A stretch of DNA of 64,000 nt from Spirochaetota bacterium (lineage in GTDB: Bacteria; Spirochaetota; GWE2-31-10; MWDO01): positions 696 through 64,695 of the forward strand of contig JAVBQL010000019.1 in the NCBI GenBank assembly GCA_031549085.1. The letters are read 5' to 3'. Shown here one piece after another: positions 19,896 through 29,876 of this stretch. The notes beneath the pieces are model-generated. The model ran no database searches. It saw nothing but the letters and a program-made list of their open reading frames with translations, and was not told the origin of the DNA. Numbering within the stretch: position 1 is the first letter of the stretch; every line of letters begins with the position of its first letter. A program made the translations under genes and the position numbers.

Positions 19896-20420
19896 ATGAA
19901 AAAATCAGCAGTAATTTACAAGTCAAATTATGGAAGCAGTGAGAAATATGCAAAATGGATTGCAGAGGAGACTGGTTCAGATCTTTTTAAATTAAAAGAT
20001 ATAAAGATAGATAATTTAAAAGATTATGATACTATATGTTTTTGTGGTGGGGTTTATGCTTCTGCTATAGACGGCTTCTCAAAAATTAAGAAAGACTTCA
20101 AAAAAATATCTGATAAAAAAATAGTTGTCGCTGCTGTTGGGGCTGCTCCAAATAGCAATGCTACAAAAAAGAGCCTAAAGAAAGCAAACTTCACAGATGA
20201 AATTGCAGATAAGGTCCATTTTTTCGTCCTTAGGGGCGGATTTAACTATGAAAAAATGAATCCTATTCATAAATTGATTATGTTTATTTTGGTAAATTCT
20301 GTAAAATCAAAGAAAAACCTTAATGAAATGCAAAAGGGAATAGTTGCCTCATATGGTAAAGTTATAGATTTTTCAAATAGAGATGATATAAAACCAATAG
20401 TTGAGCTAATTAAGAGCTAG
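19896..20420 (+). CDS. Flavodoxin-like domain protein (HemG/Flavodoxin_5-like)
   Basis: N-terminal AVIYKSNYGSSEKYAKWIAEE pattern typical of this family. Confidence 0.55.
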   Translation: MKKSAVIYKSNYGSSEKYAKWIAEETGSDLFKLKDIKIDNLKDYDTICFCGGVYASAIDGFSKIKKDFKKISDKKIVVAAVGAAPNSNATKKSLKKANFTDEIADKVHFFVLRGGFNYEKMNPIHKLIMFILVNSVKSKKNLNEMQKGIVASYGKVIDFSNRDDIKPIVELIKS

Positions 20421-20497
20421 GTCAAAAAAATACTATAATTTTAGTTTATAGTAGCAACTTGATTATAAATTAAAATTACACAATCAATAGCCTAAGC

Positions 20498-21070
20498 TTA
20501 TATATATCTTATAAGCTTGCTATTATGTTTTATCTTATTATATCTTTCCATTCCAATAACAGAGATATTTGTACTTATCTCAAAAATCTCTTCACTTAAT
20601 TCACTCTTTTTGTATATATTATCCAAAAATCTAACAAAAAGATCAAAGTTGTCAATATCATCTGTATCCAAGAGACAAAATGTGTTATCGGCTATTTTTA
20701 TAGCCCCTATTTTAAGCAGGAACTCTTCAACCCTATTTTTTGTCTCGCCATCAAGAATATCATGAGTTATATAGTATTTTCTGGCGTTTCTATCTTTTTG
20801 GTTTTTTGATAGAGAGAATCTTGTTATAATTTGATTCCCATCTTCAGTAAATCTAGAATGAGAGAGCTCTCTGTTCTCATCAATACTAATTATTACTGGA
20901 GATGTTTTAGAAAACTTAGTGATCTCTTTTAATATCTCTAAGAGTTCCTCATATTCACAATCAACACAGCATATGGTTTTTGATACAATAGTTGTATCAA
21001 GATTATCAAAAATAGATTTTATCCTTTCGCTGCCATCATCAATATTATATGCTATATAATATCTGTTCAA
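20498..21070 (-). CDS. Hypothetical protein with two tandem ferredoxin-like repeats resembling the Cas2/VapD fold
   Basis: Internal duplication: NRYYIAYNIDDGSERIKSIF (aa 2-) and RKYYITHDILDGETKNRVEEFLLKIGAIKIADNTFCL (aa ~98-). The second repeat fits the Cas2 pattern Y-I-x-[YH]-D-I-x-D...R...L...G...x-x-S/T-x-F. Confidence 0.35.
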   Translation of the reverse strand: MNRYYIAYNIDDGSERIKSIFDNLDTTIVSKTICCVDCEYEELLEILKEITKFSKTSPVIISIDENRELSHSRFTEDGNQIITRFSLSKNQKDRNARKYYITHDILDGETKNRVEEFLLKIGAIKIADNTFCLLDTDDIDNFDLFVRFLDNIYKKSELSEEIFEISTNISVIGMERYNKIKHNSKLIRYI

Positions 21071-21109
21071 AATGGGCCTCCCTAAAAAAAATCTAAAACT
21101 TTTTTGATA

Positions 21110-23530
21110 TTACTTTTTTTTAAAAATAGAACTCACCTTATCTGAAACTAAAATAGCTGAAGGCAATATAAATAGTGCCGCAAAAACACAATTAAACATA
21201 GAGATCGATATCAAAAGTCCAAAAAATAGAATTGGCTTAAAGGATGACAAAACAAAAACCATAAAGCCACAAATTAACGAGACCGCAGTAAAGACCATAG
21301 GCCGGCTTGCAAACGCCAGTGTCTGATCGACCGCCTCCCTTACTGGTATTCCAGTTTTTAGAATTCTTCTATAGTTCAAAAGGAAGTGGAGAGAACCATC
21401 TATACCAGTACCCACAGCAATTGCTCCAATCATAACAGTTCCGGGATCTAGAGAGATTCCAAAAATTGACATTATGGAAAAGTTCATTAGAACACCATAG
21501 ATTAGAGGAATTATTGCAATAAGTGAGTAGAAGAGAGACCTAAATAGTATTAATACAACTAAAACAACAAGTATAACACTTGATATTATATTTATTATCT
21601 GATCTGAAACAAGATACCTTGATATACTTGCAAGCAGAAGCAGTTCGCCCCATACTTCGACTGTAAATCTACCATCTTCTGCAGCTATTTTTGAGAGATC
21701 ATTGTACATAATGCGTGTCAATTCGAGAAGCTCCTGCTCACTTATCATATAGTTCATCTTTTTGTTATCACTTACTGTACGAACCTGAAAATTTATCGCA
21801 GTAAAATCGTTGTTCATTATACCTTTTACACCATCATCTTTAGAAGCCAACAAAAATGTGAAAAAAGTATTTAATATTCTATCGCTCTCCGGTATATCAA
21901 GAGTTCCATACATTGTCTCATTCAAATCTTCTGCTAATGTAACAGGGGATAGATTCCAGCCAAGCATTGTATATCCATCGATCACAACATTTCTATCTAT
22001 ATAGTCTTGTACTTTTTTAGCAGCAAGCAGTCCCTCTCTAGTTTTAAAGAAGTTTCTCTTATTATCTTTAGAGCGAACAGCGATATTAAAACTTGTTGAC
22101 CCTTTAAAATTTCTCTGTAAAAAGATTATTCCCTGTTTTATCTTATCACCATCTTTAAAGAAGGCAGAGACATCTGTTTCAACTTTTATATTTGGAATAA
22201 CAAAGAAAGCAACCACCATAATTACAAAAAGAAGTGATATCCAAAAATATCTAAGCGGATAGACAAAAGAATTTAGCTTTGCTAACATTTTAGCAAAGAC
22301 ATCACTTTTTAGATGCTCAATTTTATTCTCTTTTGGAATGTAGGTAAAAAATAGTATTTTTGGCAGTAAGAAAAATGTCAAAAAGAGTGTGAAAAAGATA
22401 CTAACTATAACTATAATACCAAATTCTTTGATAACACCAATGCTAACCGTGAAAAAAGAGGCAAAACCGACAATCGTTGTAAGTGCTGCCATAAAAATTG
22501 TTGGAAAAATATGTTTGGCAGCAGAATTTATTAAATCCCGCTTATCTCTTATTGTTCCCGAGAGGTTATAGTATGAGTTCATATAGTGGAGCGTATAGGA
22601 GCTTCCAATCGTCAATATTATAGGAGGAATTAGAATACTTACAATATTCATCTTAATGCGAAGCCACCCCAGAAGCCCCATTGTCCAAACAAGACTCATA
22701 AGCATAGCAATCATAGGAAGAATAACACCACGTTTTGTACCAAAACTTAGGTATAGTATAATAATCATTAAAATAATGGCTGGTCCTATAAGTATTGTCA
22801 TATCACGCAGCATATAGTTTTTTGTTTTTGCTTCATATGCTGGCACACCTGCAAATAGGACAGGAAAATCGTTATCATACTTTTTTAGAACTTTCTCTAC
22901 TTCGTTAGAAAAATCTGTTCTGTTTATTGGGGCAATTCCAAATTTGCGATCAAATATTTTCTCTAAAAATTTCACAAAAAAGTTTGGATTCTCAATCTCT
23001 TTCCCAACCATCGCATCAAAATTAATTCTTACAACAATCCCTGCAGTATTATAATCATAAGAGATAACAGAACCAATTAGATATCTATTGGATTTTAATG
23101 TATTTTTAAACTTCTCAATCTCTTCTGCAGTTTTTGGATAGTCATTAGGATTATTTCTAACAATCTGAAAGGTTTCACCAATTTTTTTGAAAGAGGTTGC
23201 ATTAAATGGATGGAGTGTAGACTTTACTACATAGAGGTTGTCAAGTTCATGACAGAGCTGCCACAATTTTTCAATTTTTCCCTCTCTAAATGGGTTATCT
23301 GATACAGTAATAAAGAGCATTTGATCTGATGGAAATTCTTTATTTAGTCTTGCAATCTTCTCTCTCTCTGCGTTAGTTTCTGCATTCTCAGGTAAGAGAA
23401 CTGTAACATCATTAAGTATATCCAGATTAAAAAAACCAAGAGATAAGACAACAGTTACTATCCCAATTATAACAAAAAATATTATAGAATATACCTTGTT
23501 TTTTGGTAAAAAAATTCTATCGAAACTCAT
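21110..23530 (-). CDS. MMPL/RND-superfamily transporter
   Basis: 806 aa. Two blocks of ~6 TM helices, each preceded by a large extracytoplasmic loop; sterol-sensing-like TM pattern. Confidence 0.75.
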   Translation of the reverse strand: MSFDRIFLPKNKVYSIIFFVIIGIVTVVLSLGFFNLDILNDVTVLLPENAETNAEREKIARLNKEFPSDQMLFITVSDNPFREGKIEKLWQLCHELDNLYVVKSTLHPFNATSFKKIGETFQIVRNNPNDYPKTAEEIEKFKNTLKSNRYLIGSVISYDYNTAGIVVRINFDAMVGKEIENPNFFVKFLEKIFDRKFGIAPINRTDFSNEVEKVLKKYDNDFPVLFAGVPAYEAKTKNYMLRDMTILIGPAIILMIIILYLSFGTKRGVILPMIAMLMSLVWTMGLLGWLRIKMNIVSILIPPIILTIGSSYTLHYMNSYYNLSGTIRDKRDLINSAAKHIFPTIFMAALTTIVGFASFFTVSIGVIKEFGIIVIVSIFFTLFLTFFLLPKILFFTYIPKENKIEHLKSDVFAKMLAKLNSFVYPLRYFWISLLFVIMVVAFFVIPNIKVETDVSAFFKDGDKIKQGIIFLQRNFKGSTSFNIAVRSKDNKRNFFKTREGLLAAKKVQDYIDRNVVIDGYTMLGWNLSPVTLAEDLNETMYGTLDIPESDRILNTFFTFLLASKDDGVKGIMNNDFTAINFQVRTVSDNKKMNYMISEQELLELTRIMYNDLSKIAAEDGRFTVEVWGELLLLASISRYLVSDQIINIISSVILVVLVVLILFRSLFYSLIAIIPLIYGVLMNFSIMSIFGISLDPGTVMIGAIAVGTGIDGSLHFLLNYRRILKTGIPVREAVDQTLAFASRPMVFTAVSLICGFMVFVLSSFKPILFFGLLISISMFNCVFAALFILPSAILVSDKVSSIFKKK

Positions 23531-23588
23531 TATTACTCCTACTTTTTTAAGAACATTTTTCTTAAAAAATTATAACATAAAAATAATC

Positions 23589-24029
23589 CTATTCTATATA
23601 TGGAATAGCTGAGACAATATCAAGCTTGTCTCCAACTTTTATTCCAACCCTCTCAAAAAATCCGCGATTAACCTCTAGTACATACATAGCTGGCTTTATC
23701 GAATCAATGTTGGTCTCATCTAAAGGTTCTCCGTTTTCGATGTTGATTATCTCAAAACTTTTATTAATAAAGGCAATTGAGAGTGGTACATATGTATTCT
23801 TCATATAAAATGACATATACTCTTCATATTTATAGATAAAAAACATTCCGCTATCTTTGTTAAGCTTTTTTCTATACATAAGTCCCCTCATTCTCGCCTC
23901 GCGGGTTGCAGCAACTTCAAACTTATAAGTTTTCTCATTAATCATAATACTTATAGTTGGAGAGTTGCTCCCCGAACAAGATAGAGAAGAGAAGATAATT
24001 ACTAAAATCAAAAACAATTTTTTATTCAT
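23589..24029 (-). CDS. DUF192-family lipoprotein
   Basis: Lipobox LSC. RMRGLMYRK...GMFFIY...MKNTYVPLSIAFI matches the DUF192 (COG1430) pattern from memory. Confidence 0.6.
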   Translation of the reverse strand: MNKKLFLILVIIFSSLSCSGSNSPTISIMINEKTYKFEVAATREARMRGLMYRKKLNKDSGMFFIYKYEEYMSFYMKNTYVPLSIAFINKSFEIINIENGEPLDETNIDSIKPAMYVLEVNRGFFERVGIKVGDKLDIVSAIPYIE

Positions 24030-24055
24030 AAATTAACTTAAACAATATAAAAATA

Positions 24056-25441
24056 TTAAATAGTCTTTTTCCCAGAAGGAAGGCTATTCATTTTGCTGTC
24101 TATATCCAGTTTTGCCTGCTCACTTCCAACTTTGCCAAGTAGAGCAAACATATTTTTCTTATAAGCTTCAACTCCGGGTTGATCAAATGGATTAACTCCA
24201 AGAAGATAGCCAGATACTCCACACCCCTGCTCAAATATATAGATAAGCTGTCCCAAATAATATTCATTTAAAGTTGGAATATTAAATATAAGATTTGGAA
24301 CTTTACCCTCATAGTGAGCAATTAATGTTCCAAGCTCTGCCCTCTTATTTATCTCTGAATATGATCTATTTGCAAGATACTCCAATCCATCAAGATCATC
24401 TTTATCAGAGGCAACTTTTAAAGTGGAGAGAGGCTCATCTATATTCAAGATTGTCTCAAATATTATTCTCTGCCCATCTTGTATCCATTGTCCCATAGAG
24501 TGAAGATCTGTTGTAAAATCACATGATGCAACAAAGAGTCCCTTTCCATCTTTTCCCTCGCTCTCACCATAGAGCTGCTTCCACCACTCACTAAAGAAGT
24601 GCAGTTCTGGGTCATAGTTTACAAGCATCTCTATATTATAGCCAGATTTTAATAGCAGGTTACGAATAGTGGCATACATCAATGCAGGATTTTTTTCAAG
24701 GCTCTCTTCACTTCCCATAGCAATGGCACTTATCGCTCCATCTAAAAGCTTAGTGATATCAAGTCCAAGTGCAGCAATAGGCAAGAGTCCAACAGGTGTC
24801 AAAACAGAAAATCTTCCGCCAACATCATCGGGGATATCAAATGTTTGATACCCTTCATTCGTAGCCATAGTCTTTAGTGCACCCTTTTTTGAGTCTGTCG
24901 TTGCAATGATTCTCTCTTTTGCCCCAATTTTACCATACTTCTTTTCCATCTTCTGTTTTATATTACGGAATGCAATACCAGGTTCTGTAGTTGTTCCAGA
25001 CTTTGAAATGACATTTACATAGACAGATTCTGCTCTCCCAATCTCTTCTAATATAGCTTCAAGATAGCTTCCGCTTATATTATTTCCAGCGAAATATATT
25101 TTTGGTCCCTTTCTCTCACTATTAGGAAGACTATTATAAAAATGCGGCAAAAGTGCCTCAATAACAGCCTTCGCTCCAAGATAGCTTCCGCCAATACCAA
25201 CACAAACAAGCAAGTCTGCATTCTTATTTATATTCTTAGCAACTTCAATGATCTTATTAAATTCTTCACTCTCTTTTATTGTCTGCGGTAAATTTCTCCA
25301 GCCAATAAAATCATTCCCTGCTCCATTTCCATCTTTTAACATTTTGAAAGCTTTTAAAGCCTCACCTTTATAAGCAGCGATTTTATCATCATCAATAAAA
25401 GGATATACATAAGAGTAATCAAGTGTTATTTTTTTGTCCAT
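24056..25441 (-). CDS. pgi: Glucose-6-phosphate isomerase (short, Firmicute-type)
   Basis: GIGGSYLG, SKSGTTTE and GGRFSVLT motifs. Confidence 0.9.
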   Translation of the reverse strand: MDKKITLDYSYVYPFIDDDKIAAYKGEALKAFKMLKDGNGAGNDFIGWRNLPQTIKESEEFNKIIEVAKNINKNADLLVCVGIGGSYLGAKAVIEALLPHFYNSLPNSERKGPKIYFAGNNISGSYLEAILEEIGRAESVYVNVISKSGTTTEPGIAFRNIKQKMEKKYGKIGAKERIIATTDSKKGALKTMATNEGYQTFDIPDDVGGRFSVLTPVGLLPIAALGLDITKLLDGAISAIAMGSEESLEKNPALMYATIRNLLLKSGYNIEMLVNYDPELHFFSEWWKQLYGESEGKDGKGLFVASCDFTTDLHSMGQWIQDGQRIIFETILNIDEPLSTLKVASDKDDLDGLEYLANRSYSEINKRAELGTLIAHYEGKVPNLIFNIPTLNEYYLGQLIYIFEQGCGVSGYLLGVNPFDQPGVEAYKKNMFALLGKVGSEQAKLDIDSKMNSLPSGKKTI

Positions 25442-25464
25442 TTTAAAAAACTACCTCCAACAAA

Positions 25465-25513
25465 AACAAATAAAAACCGGTAGAAATAGTTTAATAAAAA
25501 AACTATCTCTACC
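25465..25513 (-). terminator. Intrinsic terminator after the SPFH gene
   Basis: GGTAGAGATAGTTT-loop-AAACTATTTCTACC (minus strand) followed by a T-rich tract. Confidence 0.5.
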
Positions 25514-25543
25514 TTAAAAAAAAGTCTATAATCTAAATTTAGT

Positions 25544-26578
25544 CTATTTTCCTGTGTTAGGCTTTGAGTCCTTAAAAAGTTCTTTTATACCGCCAAGAGA
25601 GCCAAGCACTCCTGTTGTTTCATAAGGCATAAAGACAACTTTTTCGCCTTGTTGACCAGCTATCTCCTGAAGAGATTGAATATATTTCATTGCTATTAGA
25701 TATTGAGCAGGATCTGTACTATTTTTTGATAGAACTTCTTGAATTAGTTTAAGAGCCTCTGCTTCAGCTTTTGCAAGTCTAATTTTTGCTTCCGCCTCAC
25801 CAGTTGCAATGTTGATTGTTGCCTCTGCATCACCTTGAGACTTCTTGATTTGTGATTGCTTATGTCCCTCTGCTTCAGCAATAAGTTTGTCCCTCTCTCC
25901 TTCAGCAGTCAATACCTTCGCTTGCTTATCACCTTCAGCGATTAGTATAGTCTGTCTCTTCTCTCTCTCGGCTCTCATCTGCTTCTCCATAGCCTCTCTA
26001 ATCTCTTTTGGAGGAGAGATATCTTTAAGCTCTACTCTGTTTACCTTCACACCCCATTTATCAGTTGCTTCATCAAGTATTTGTCTTAGTTCTGAATTTA
26101 TTTTATCTCTGCTTGATAGAGTTTGATCAAGCTCAAGTCCACCGATAATGTTTCTCAAAGTTGTTTGAGTAAGTTTTTCAATTGCCATTGCAAGATTCTC
26201 TACCTCATACACAGATCTAAATGAATCCATTATTTGAAAGTATAGCAGTGCATCTATCTCTAAAGTAACATTATCTCTAGTGATAACATTTTGCTTCGGA
26301 AAGTCAAACACACGCTCTCTTAAGTCAACATAGTCAACATATAGGTTTGATACATAAGTTTTTCCATCACTTCCATATCTTGTAACTCTAGTACTCACAG
26401 GACGTACCCTGTCAATAAAGGGTATTGTAAAGTTGATTCCAGATTCTAAAATCTTATTAAACTTTCCCAACCTCTCAATTATTTTTACAGTTGATTGATT
26501 AACGATTTTAATCCCTGAAAAAACAAAGGCTATAACCATTATAATCAGCACAAGAAAAACAACAAATAGTGGTCCCAT
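25544..26578 (-). CDS. SPFH/band-7 (stomatin-like) membrane protein
   Basis: N-terminal TM helix, PHB-domain pattern, C-terminal A/E/K coiled-coil repeats. Confidence 0.8.
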   Translation of the reverse strand: MGPLFVVFLVLIIMVIAFVFSGIKIVNQSTVKIIERLGKFNKILESGINFTIPFIDRVRPVSTRVTRYGSDGKTYVSNLYVDYVDLRERVFDFPKQNVITRDNVTLEIDALLYFQIMDSFRSVYEVENLAMAIEKLTQTTLRNIIGGLELDQTLSSRDKINSELRQILDEATDKWGVKVNRVELKDISPPKEIREAMEKQMRAEREKRQTILIAEGDKQAKVLTAEGERDKLIAEAEGHKQSQIKKSQGDAEATINIATGEAEAKIRLAKAEAEALKLIQEVLSKNSTDPAQYLIAMKYIQSLQEIAGQQGEKVVFMPYETTGVLGSLGGIKELFKDSKPNTGK

Positions 26579-26828
26579 AAAAGACTCCTAAAACATTATT
26601 TAAGCAAAAAGGTATTTAATCAAACAAATCATCTTTTTACCTTTCCCCTTTAAGATATTTATAAAGAGGTGCTATCCATTATAACAGAAGAGAAATTAAT
26701 TGTCAAAAAGATTATCTATTCTTATTCAAAAGAAAGAAGAATATAGAAAGAAATAATATATCGTTTTTTTAATAAAAATGGCTAAAGAGTGATCTTTTTG
26801 AATTTATATTTATCAAAAAGTAGATAAA

Positions 26829-27506
26829 TTAGGCTCTGCTTTTTAAAACTTTTCTTATATCAAGGAGATAGACGAAAAAGCTAAAAAGTGAGAAAAAGGT
26901 TATTATTATAAAAAATATAAGTGAATTAATAGAAAATACACTGTCATAAATTGATATATCTATCTCTTTATGGATAAGCACTCGCCTTGCTATTAAAAAT
27001 AGTATTATTGTTAGAGAGAACATGCATTGCAAAAAGGTCTTTATTTTTCCAATAATATTAGCTGGAAGGTAGAAACCCTTTCTTTTTACATATGGTCTAA
27101 GGAAGAGATGCATAATAAATTCTCTAATGAATATTATCAAAAATAGATAGATTGGCATTATACCAACCATTACAAAGGTAAAAAATACAAGAATAAAAAA
27201 TATTGAGTCGGCAAGCGGATCAAAATGTTTCCCAAAATCGGTAACAATCCCAAGTTTTCTGGCAGAAAAACCATCAAGGGCATCTGTTACAATCGCTATT
27301 ACAAAAATAAAAAAGAGCGCTATAAGCAGAACCATCTCATTTTTATAGTCAAGTTTTGACGATTTCAAAAAAATGAAAAGTGCAAAAAAGACAAACCCCA
27401 AAACAATTCTGCTTAAAGTTAGAATATTTGCAATATTAAAAAAGTTATCTTTAGAAACACTCTTTTGGGAAGCTACCCCCCCTCCCCCTGCTTGATTTAG
27501 ATCCAT
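26829..27506 (-). CDS. CDP-alcohol phosphatidyltransferase
   Basis: DALDGFSARKLGIVTDFGKHFDPLADS matches D-x2-DG-x2-AR-x8-G-x3-D-x3-D. Overlaps the ndk stop. Confidence 0.75.
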   Translation of the reverse strand: MDLNQAGGGGVASQKSVSKDNFFNIANILTLSRIVLGFVFFALFIFLKSSKLDYKNEMVLLIALFFIFVIAIVTDALDGFSARKLGIVTDFGKHFDPLADSIFFILVFFTFVMVGIMPIYLFLIIFIREFIMHLFLRPYVKRKGFYLPANIIGKIKTFLQCMFSLTIILFLIARRVLIHKEIDISIYDSVFSINSLIFFIIITFFSLFSFFVYLLDIRKVLKSRA

Positions 27507-27940
27507 TTATCAATCTCTCTCTTATAAGAAACAATCTCTTTTGCATCAAAAAAGTTATCAATCTCTCTCTTTGCACTCTCAGGGCTATCTGATGTGTGAA
27601 CAACATTTTGACCTGTATGTATTACAAAGTCACCCCTTATTGTACCGGGTTCTGCATCGATTGCTTTTGTTGCTCCGGAGAGCTTTCTTGCCATCTTTAT
27701 AGCATCATCTCCCTCAACTACCATCAAAACTACAGGAGAAGAGGTAATAAAGCCAACAAGCTCTCCAAAGAAAGGCTTCTCTTTATGTTCTGCATAGTGG
27801 TACTCTGCCTTCTCTTTTGCAACCAAAGAGAGTTTCATTGCAACGATCTTCAATCCCTTTTTTTCAAATCTTGATATTATCTCTCCCGCAATTCCTCTCT
27901 GCAAACAGTCTGGCTTTAATATAATAAAGGTTCTTTCCAT
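27497..27940 (-). CDS. ndk: Nucleoside diphosphate kinase
   Basis: ERTFIILKPD and NVVHTSDS (active-site His). Confidence 0.9.
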   Translation of the reverse strand: MERTFIILKPDCLQRGIAGEIISRFEKKGLKIVAMKLSLVAKEKAEYHYAEHKEKPFFGELVGFITSSPVVLMVVEGDDAIKMARKLSGATKAIDAEPGTIRGDFVIHTGQNVVHTSDSPESAKREIDNFFDAKEIVSYKREIDKWI

Positions 27941-28138
27941 GATTAAAATGCTCCTTTTAAGCTCAAAAACATATATTTTTTATGATAAATTTAAACACTA
28001 TCTAAATAAACAATAAGCTAGAATCCAAAAAAGATATGATAAAATTTCTAGACTCTAGCTTAATAAAACACAAATAGATCTAAAATGCTAAATAATAATT
28101 TTAATAATTATTAAATTAAAAAGATCATTATAGCGGAT

Positions 28139-28312
28139 CTAGTCTTTAATTCCATATTTCTTCTTAATCTCATTTGAAGCTTTGAAATAGTCTGAGATTT
28201 GGTCGCCAGGCTCATTATTTTTCTTTCTAGTCTCATAAATCTCGTAAGCCATCCTCTCTATCTCGTTTTGTACCTGTAGCAAATCTACTTGTTCTTCTTT
28301 TTTCTTTGCCAT
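28139..28312 (-). CDS. Small (57 aa) DUF2934-like protein
   Basis: Below the track cutoff. My translation: MAKKKEEQVDLLQVQNEIERMAYEIYETRKKNNEPGDQISDYFKASNEIKKKYGIKD. The I.R.AYEIYE.R....G....DY..A..E pattern resembles DUF2934. Confidence 0.4.
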   Translation of the reverse strand: MAKKKEEQVDLLQVQNEIERMAYEIYETRKKNNEPGDQISDYFKASNEIKKKYGIKD

Positions 28313-28427
28313 TTTTTACTCCTTAAATTGATTTTTTTTAAAAAAATATTTTTCATAAAAATAGCATACATCATCATTATAACAAACTTCGTAAATAAAA
28401 TCAATAAACAAATCTAAAAAATAATAT

Positions 28428-28455
28428 TTGACTTTTTTTTTTTTTCTGATACATT
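28428..28455 (+). promoter_or_regulatory. Candidate sigma70-like promoter with a T13 tract in the spacer
   Basis: TTGACT (28428-28433), 16-nt spacer, TACATT (28450-28455). T13 run at 28433-28445. Lies upstream of the PAP2-like gene. Confidence 0.3.
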
Positions 28456-28462
28456 AGGCTCT

Positions 28463-28984
28463 ATGATAAATAATATACATAACAATTTTAATATGCTTAT
28501 GGGACAATTTATATCCCTTTTTACCGACTCTTTTTTCAATAGAGCGCTGATACTCTGCTGTTCGGCACACATTCTCTCTATGGTGTTCAAACTTGTTCTA
28601 AATTCAATCAAAAACAAAAAGTTTGACCCAAAATCAGCCTTTAATTATGGGGGAATGCCATCAAGCCACACAGTCTTTATTATGTCATTTGTGTTTGGTA
28701 TTGCTTTTGATCCAAACTTTGGTTTCAGCTCTGCCATGCTTGTACTCTCTATAATAATGGCAGCAGTTATTCTGATGGATGCCGTTAGACTTCGTGGAGC
28801 AATCGACCAGCTTAATATAGCTGTTTCAGAAATTGCAAAAGAGAATCCTGAATTAAAAAGCAAAATAGCCATTCCAAGACTTGTAGCTCACAAAACTAAT
28901 GAGGTCATTGCAGGCATTGTATTTGCCTTTGTATACACTTTCCTATTTTATCTTTTTTTCTATCATATTTTTGTTTTGAAATAG
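28463..28984 (+). CDS. Divergent PAP2 (YuiD/DUF212-type acid phosphatase-related) membrane protein
   Basis: GGMPSSHTVF motif and a 4-5 TM topology. The true start may be an internal Met (28493 or 28499). Confidence 0.6.
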   Translation: MINNIHNNFNMLMGQFISLFTDSFFNRALILCCSAHILSMVFKLVLNSIKNKKFDPKSAFNYGGMPSSHTVFIMSFVFGIAFDPNFGFSSAMLVLSIIMAAVILMDAVRLRGAIDQLNIAVSEIAKENPELKSKIAIPRLVAHKTNEVIAGIVFAFVYTFLFYLFFYHIFVLK

Positions 28985-28987
28985 AGT

Positions 28988-29434
28988 ATGGGCATTTACA
29001 AAGCATTAAGCATGCATGAAGGTACTATATTAGATATACTCTTTGGTTTTAAAACAGAGGAGCATAAGGTTTGGGGAACAGACCATAGGGGTGATATTCT
29101 CATATGTTCCATAGCAAACAACAGATATAGAGGCTTTGTTTTCTGTGTAGTAAACCTCTATGAGTGTCTTAAGAGTGGCAGCAAAGGAAATACATTCTAT
29201 TTTAAAAATATCAGACCAGTAAAACCGATACCCATAAGAGGTAACAGAGGTCTCTATGATATAGAACTTGATGAAGAGATCAAATTCATAAATCTAAAGA
29301 GAGATAGAGCTACAATCAATTTTGTAAAATCAAGTATGCAAAAATCTTTAGGATATAAAAAAATACATCCAGTTGATATACTTATTGATATATCAAATGA
29401 ATATAGAGAGTCTTACGATTCTCTATTAAAATAG
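28988..29434 (+). CDS. ASCH (PUA-like) domain protein
   Basis: N-terminal KALSMHEGTILDILFGFKTEEHKVWGTDHRGDILI resembles the ASCH pattern kaLSi.qPwa..I..G.Kt.E.R.w....G.llI. Confidence 0.4.
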   Translation: MGIYKALSMHEGTILDILFGFKTEEHKVWGTDHRGDILICSIANNRYRGFVFCVVNLYECLKSGSKGNTFYFKNIRPVKPIPIRGNRGLYDIELDEEIKFINLKRDRATINFVKSSMQKSLGYKKIHPVDILIDISNEYRESYDSLLK

Positions 29435-29468
29435 GTAAAACAATCAAGTTTAAGGGAGAGTTTTTAAA

Positions 29469-29873
29469 ATGTATATATTTCCAATTCAGGTAGAATTTGA
29501 AGATGTTGACAGCTATGGCGTTATGCACCACCCAAAAGTTCTATGCTATTTTGAGAGAGCAAGAATGCACTATCTTCTTGAGAATAATATAAATATCTCA
29601 GAACGCGGGGTTGGAACTTTGATAAGAGATGTAGCTATTCAATATAGATCTCCACTTCTCTTGGCAGAGCAGGTAAAAATAGAGATTGTTGCAACATGTG
29701 TTGAGAGATATAGATTCGCCCTAGAGTATGCCGTAAAGAAAGCTGATGGAAAAATCGCTATAAGAGCAAAAACTGAGCTCTGTACAATAGATTTAGCAAC
29801 AAAAAAACTGACTCCAATCCCAGACTATCTAGACAAACTATTAAGAGATATATTAGTTAAAGAGACAGTTTAA
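29469..29873 (+). CDS. 4HBT/YbgC-type acyl-CoA thioesterase
   Basis: V.FEDVDSYGVMHHPKVLCYFERAR hotdog-fold signature. Confidence 0.7.
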   Translation: MYIFPIQVEFEDVDSYGVMHHPKVLCYFERARMHYLLENNINISERGVGTLIRDVAIQYRSPLLLAEQVKIEIVATCVERYRFALEYAVKKADGKIAIRAKTELCTIDLATKKLTPIPDYLDKLLRDILVKETV

Positions 29874-29876
29874 AAA

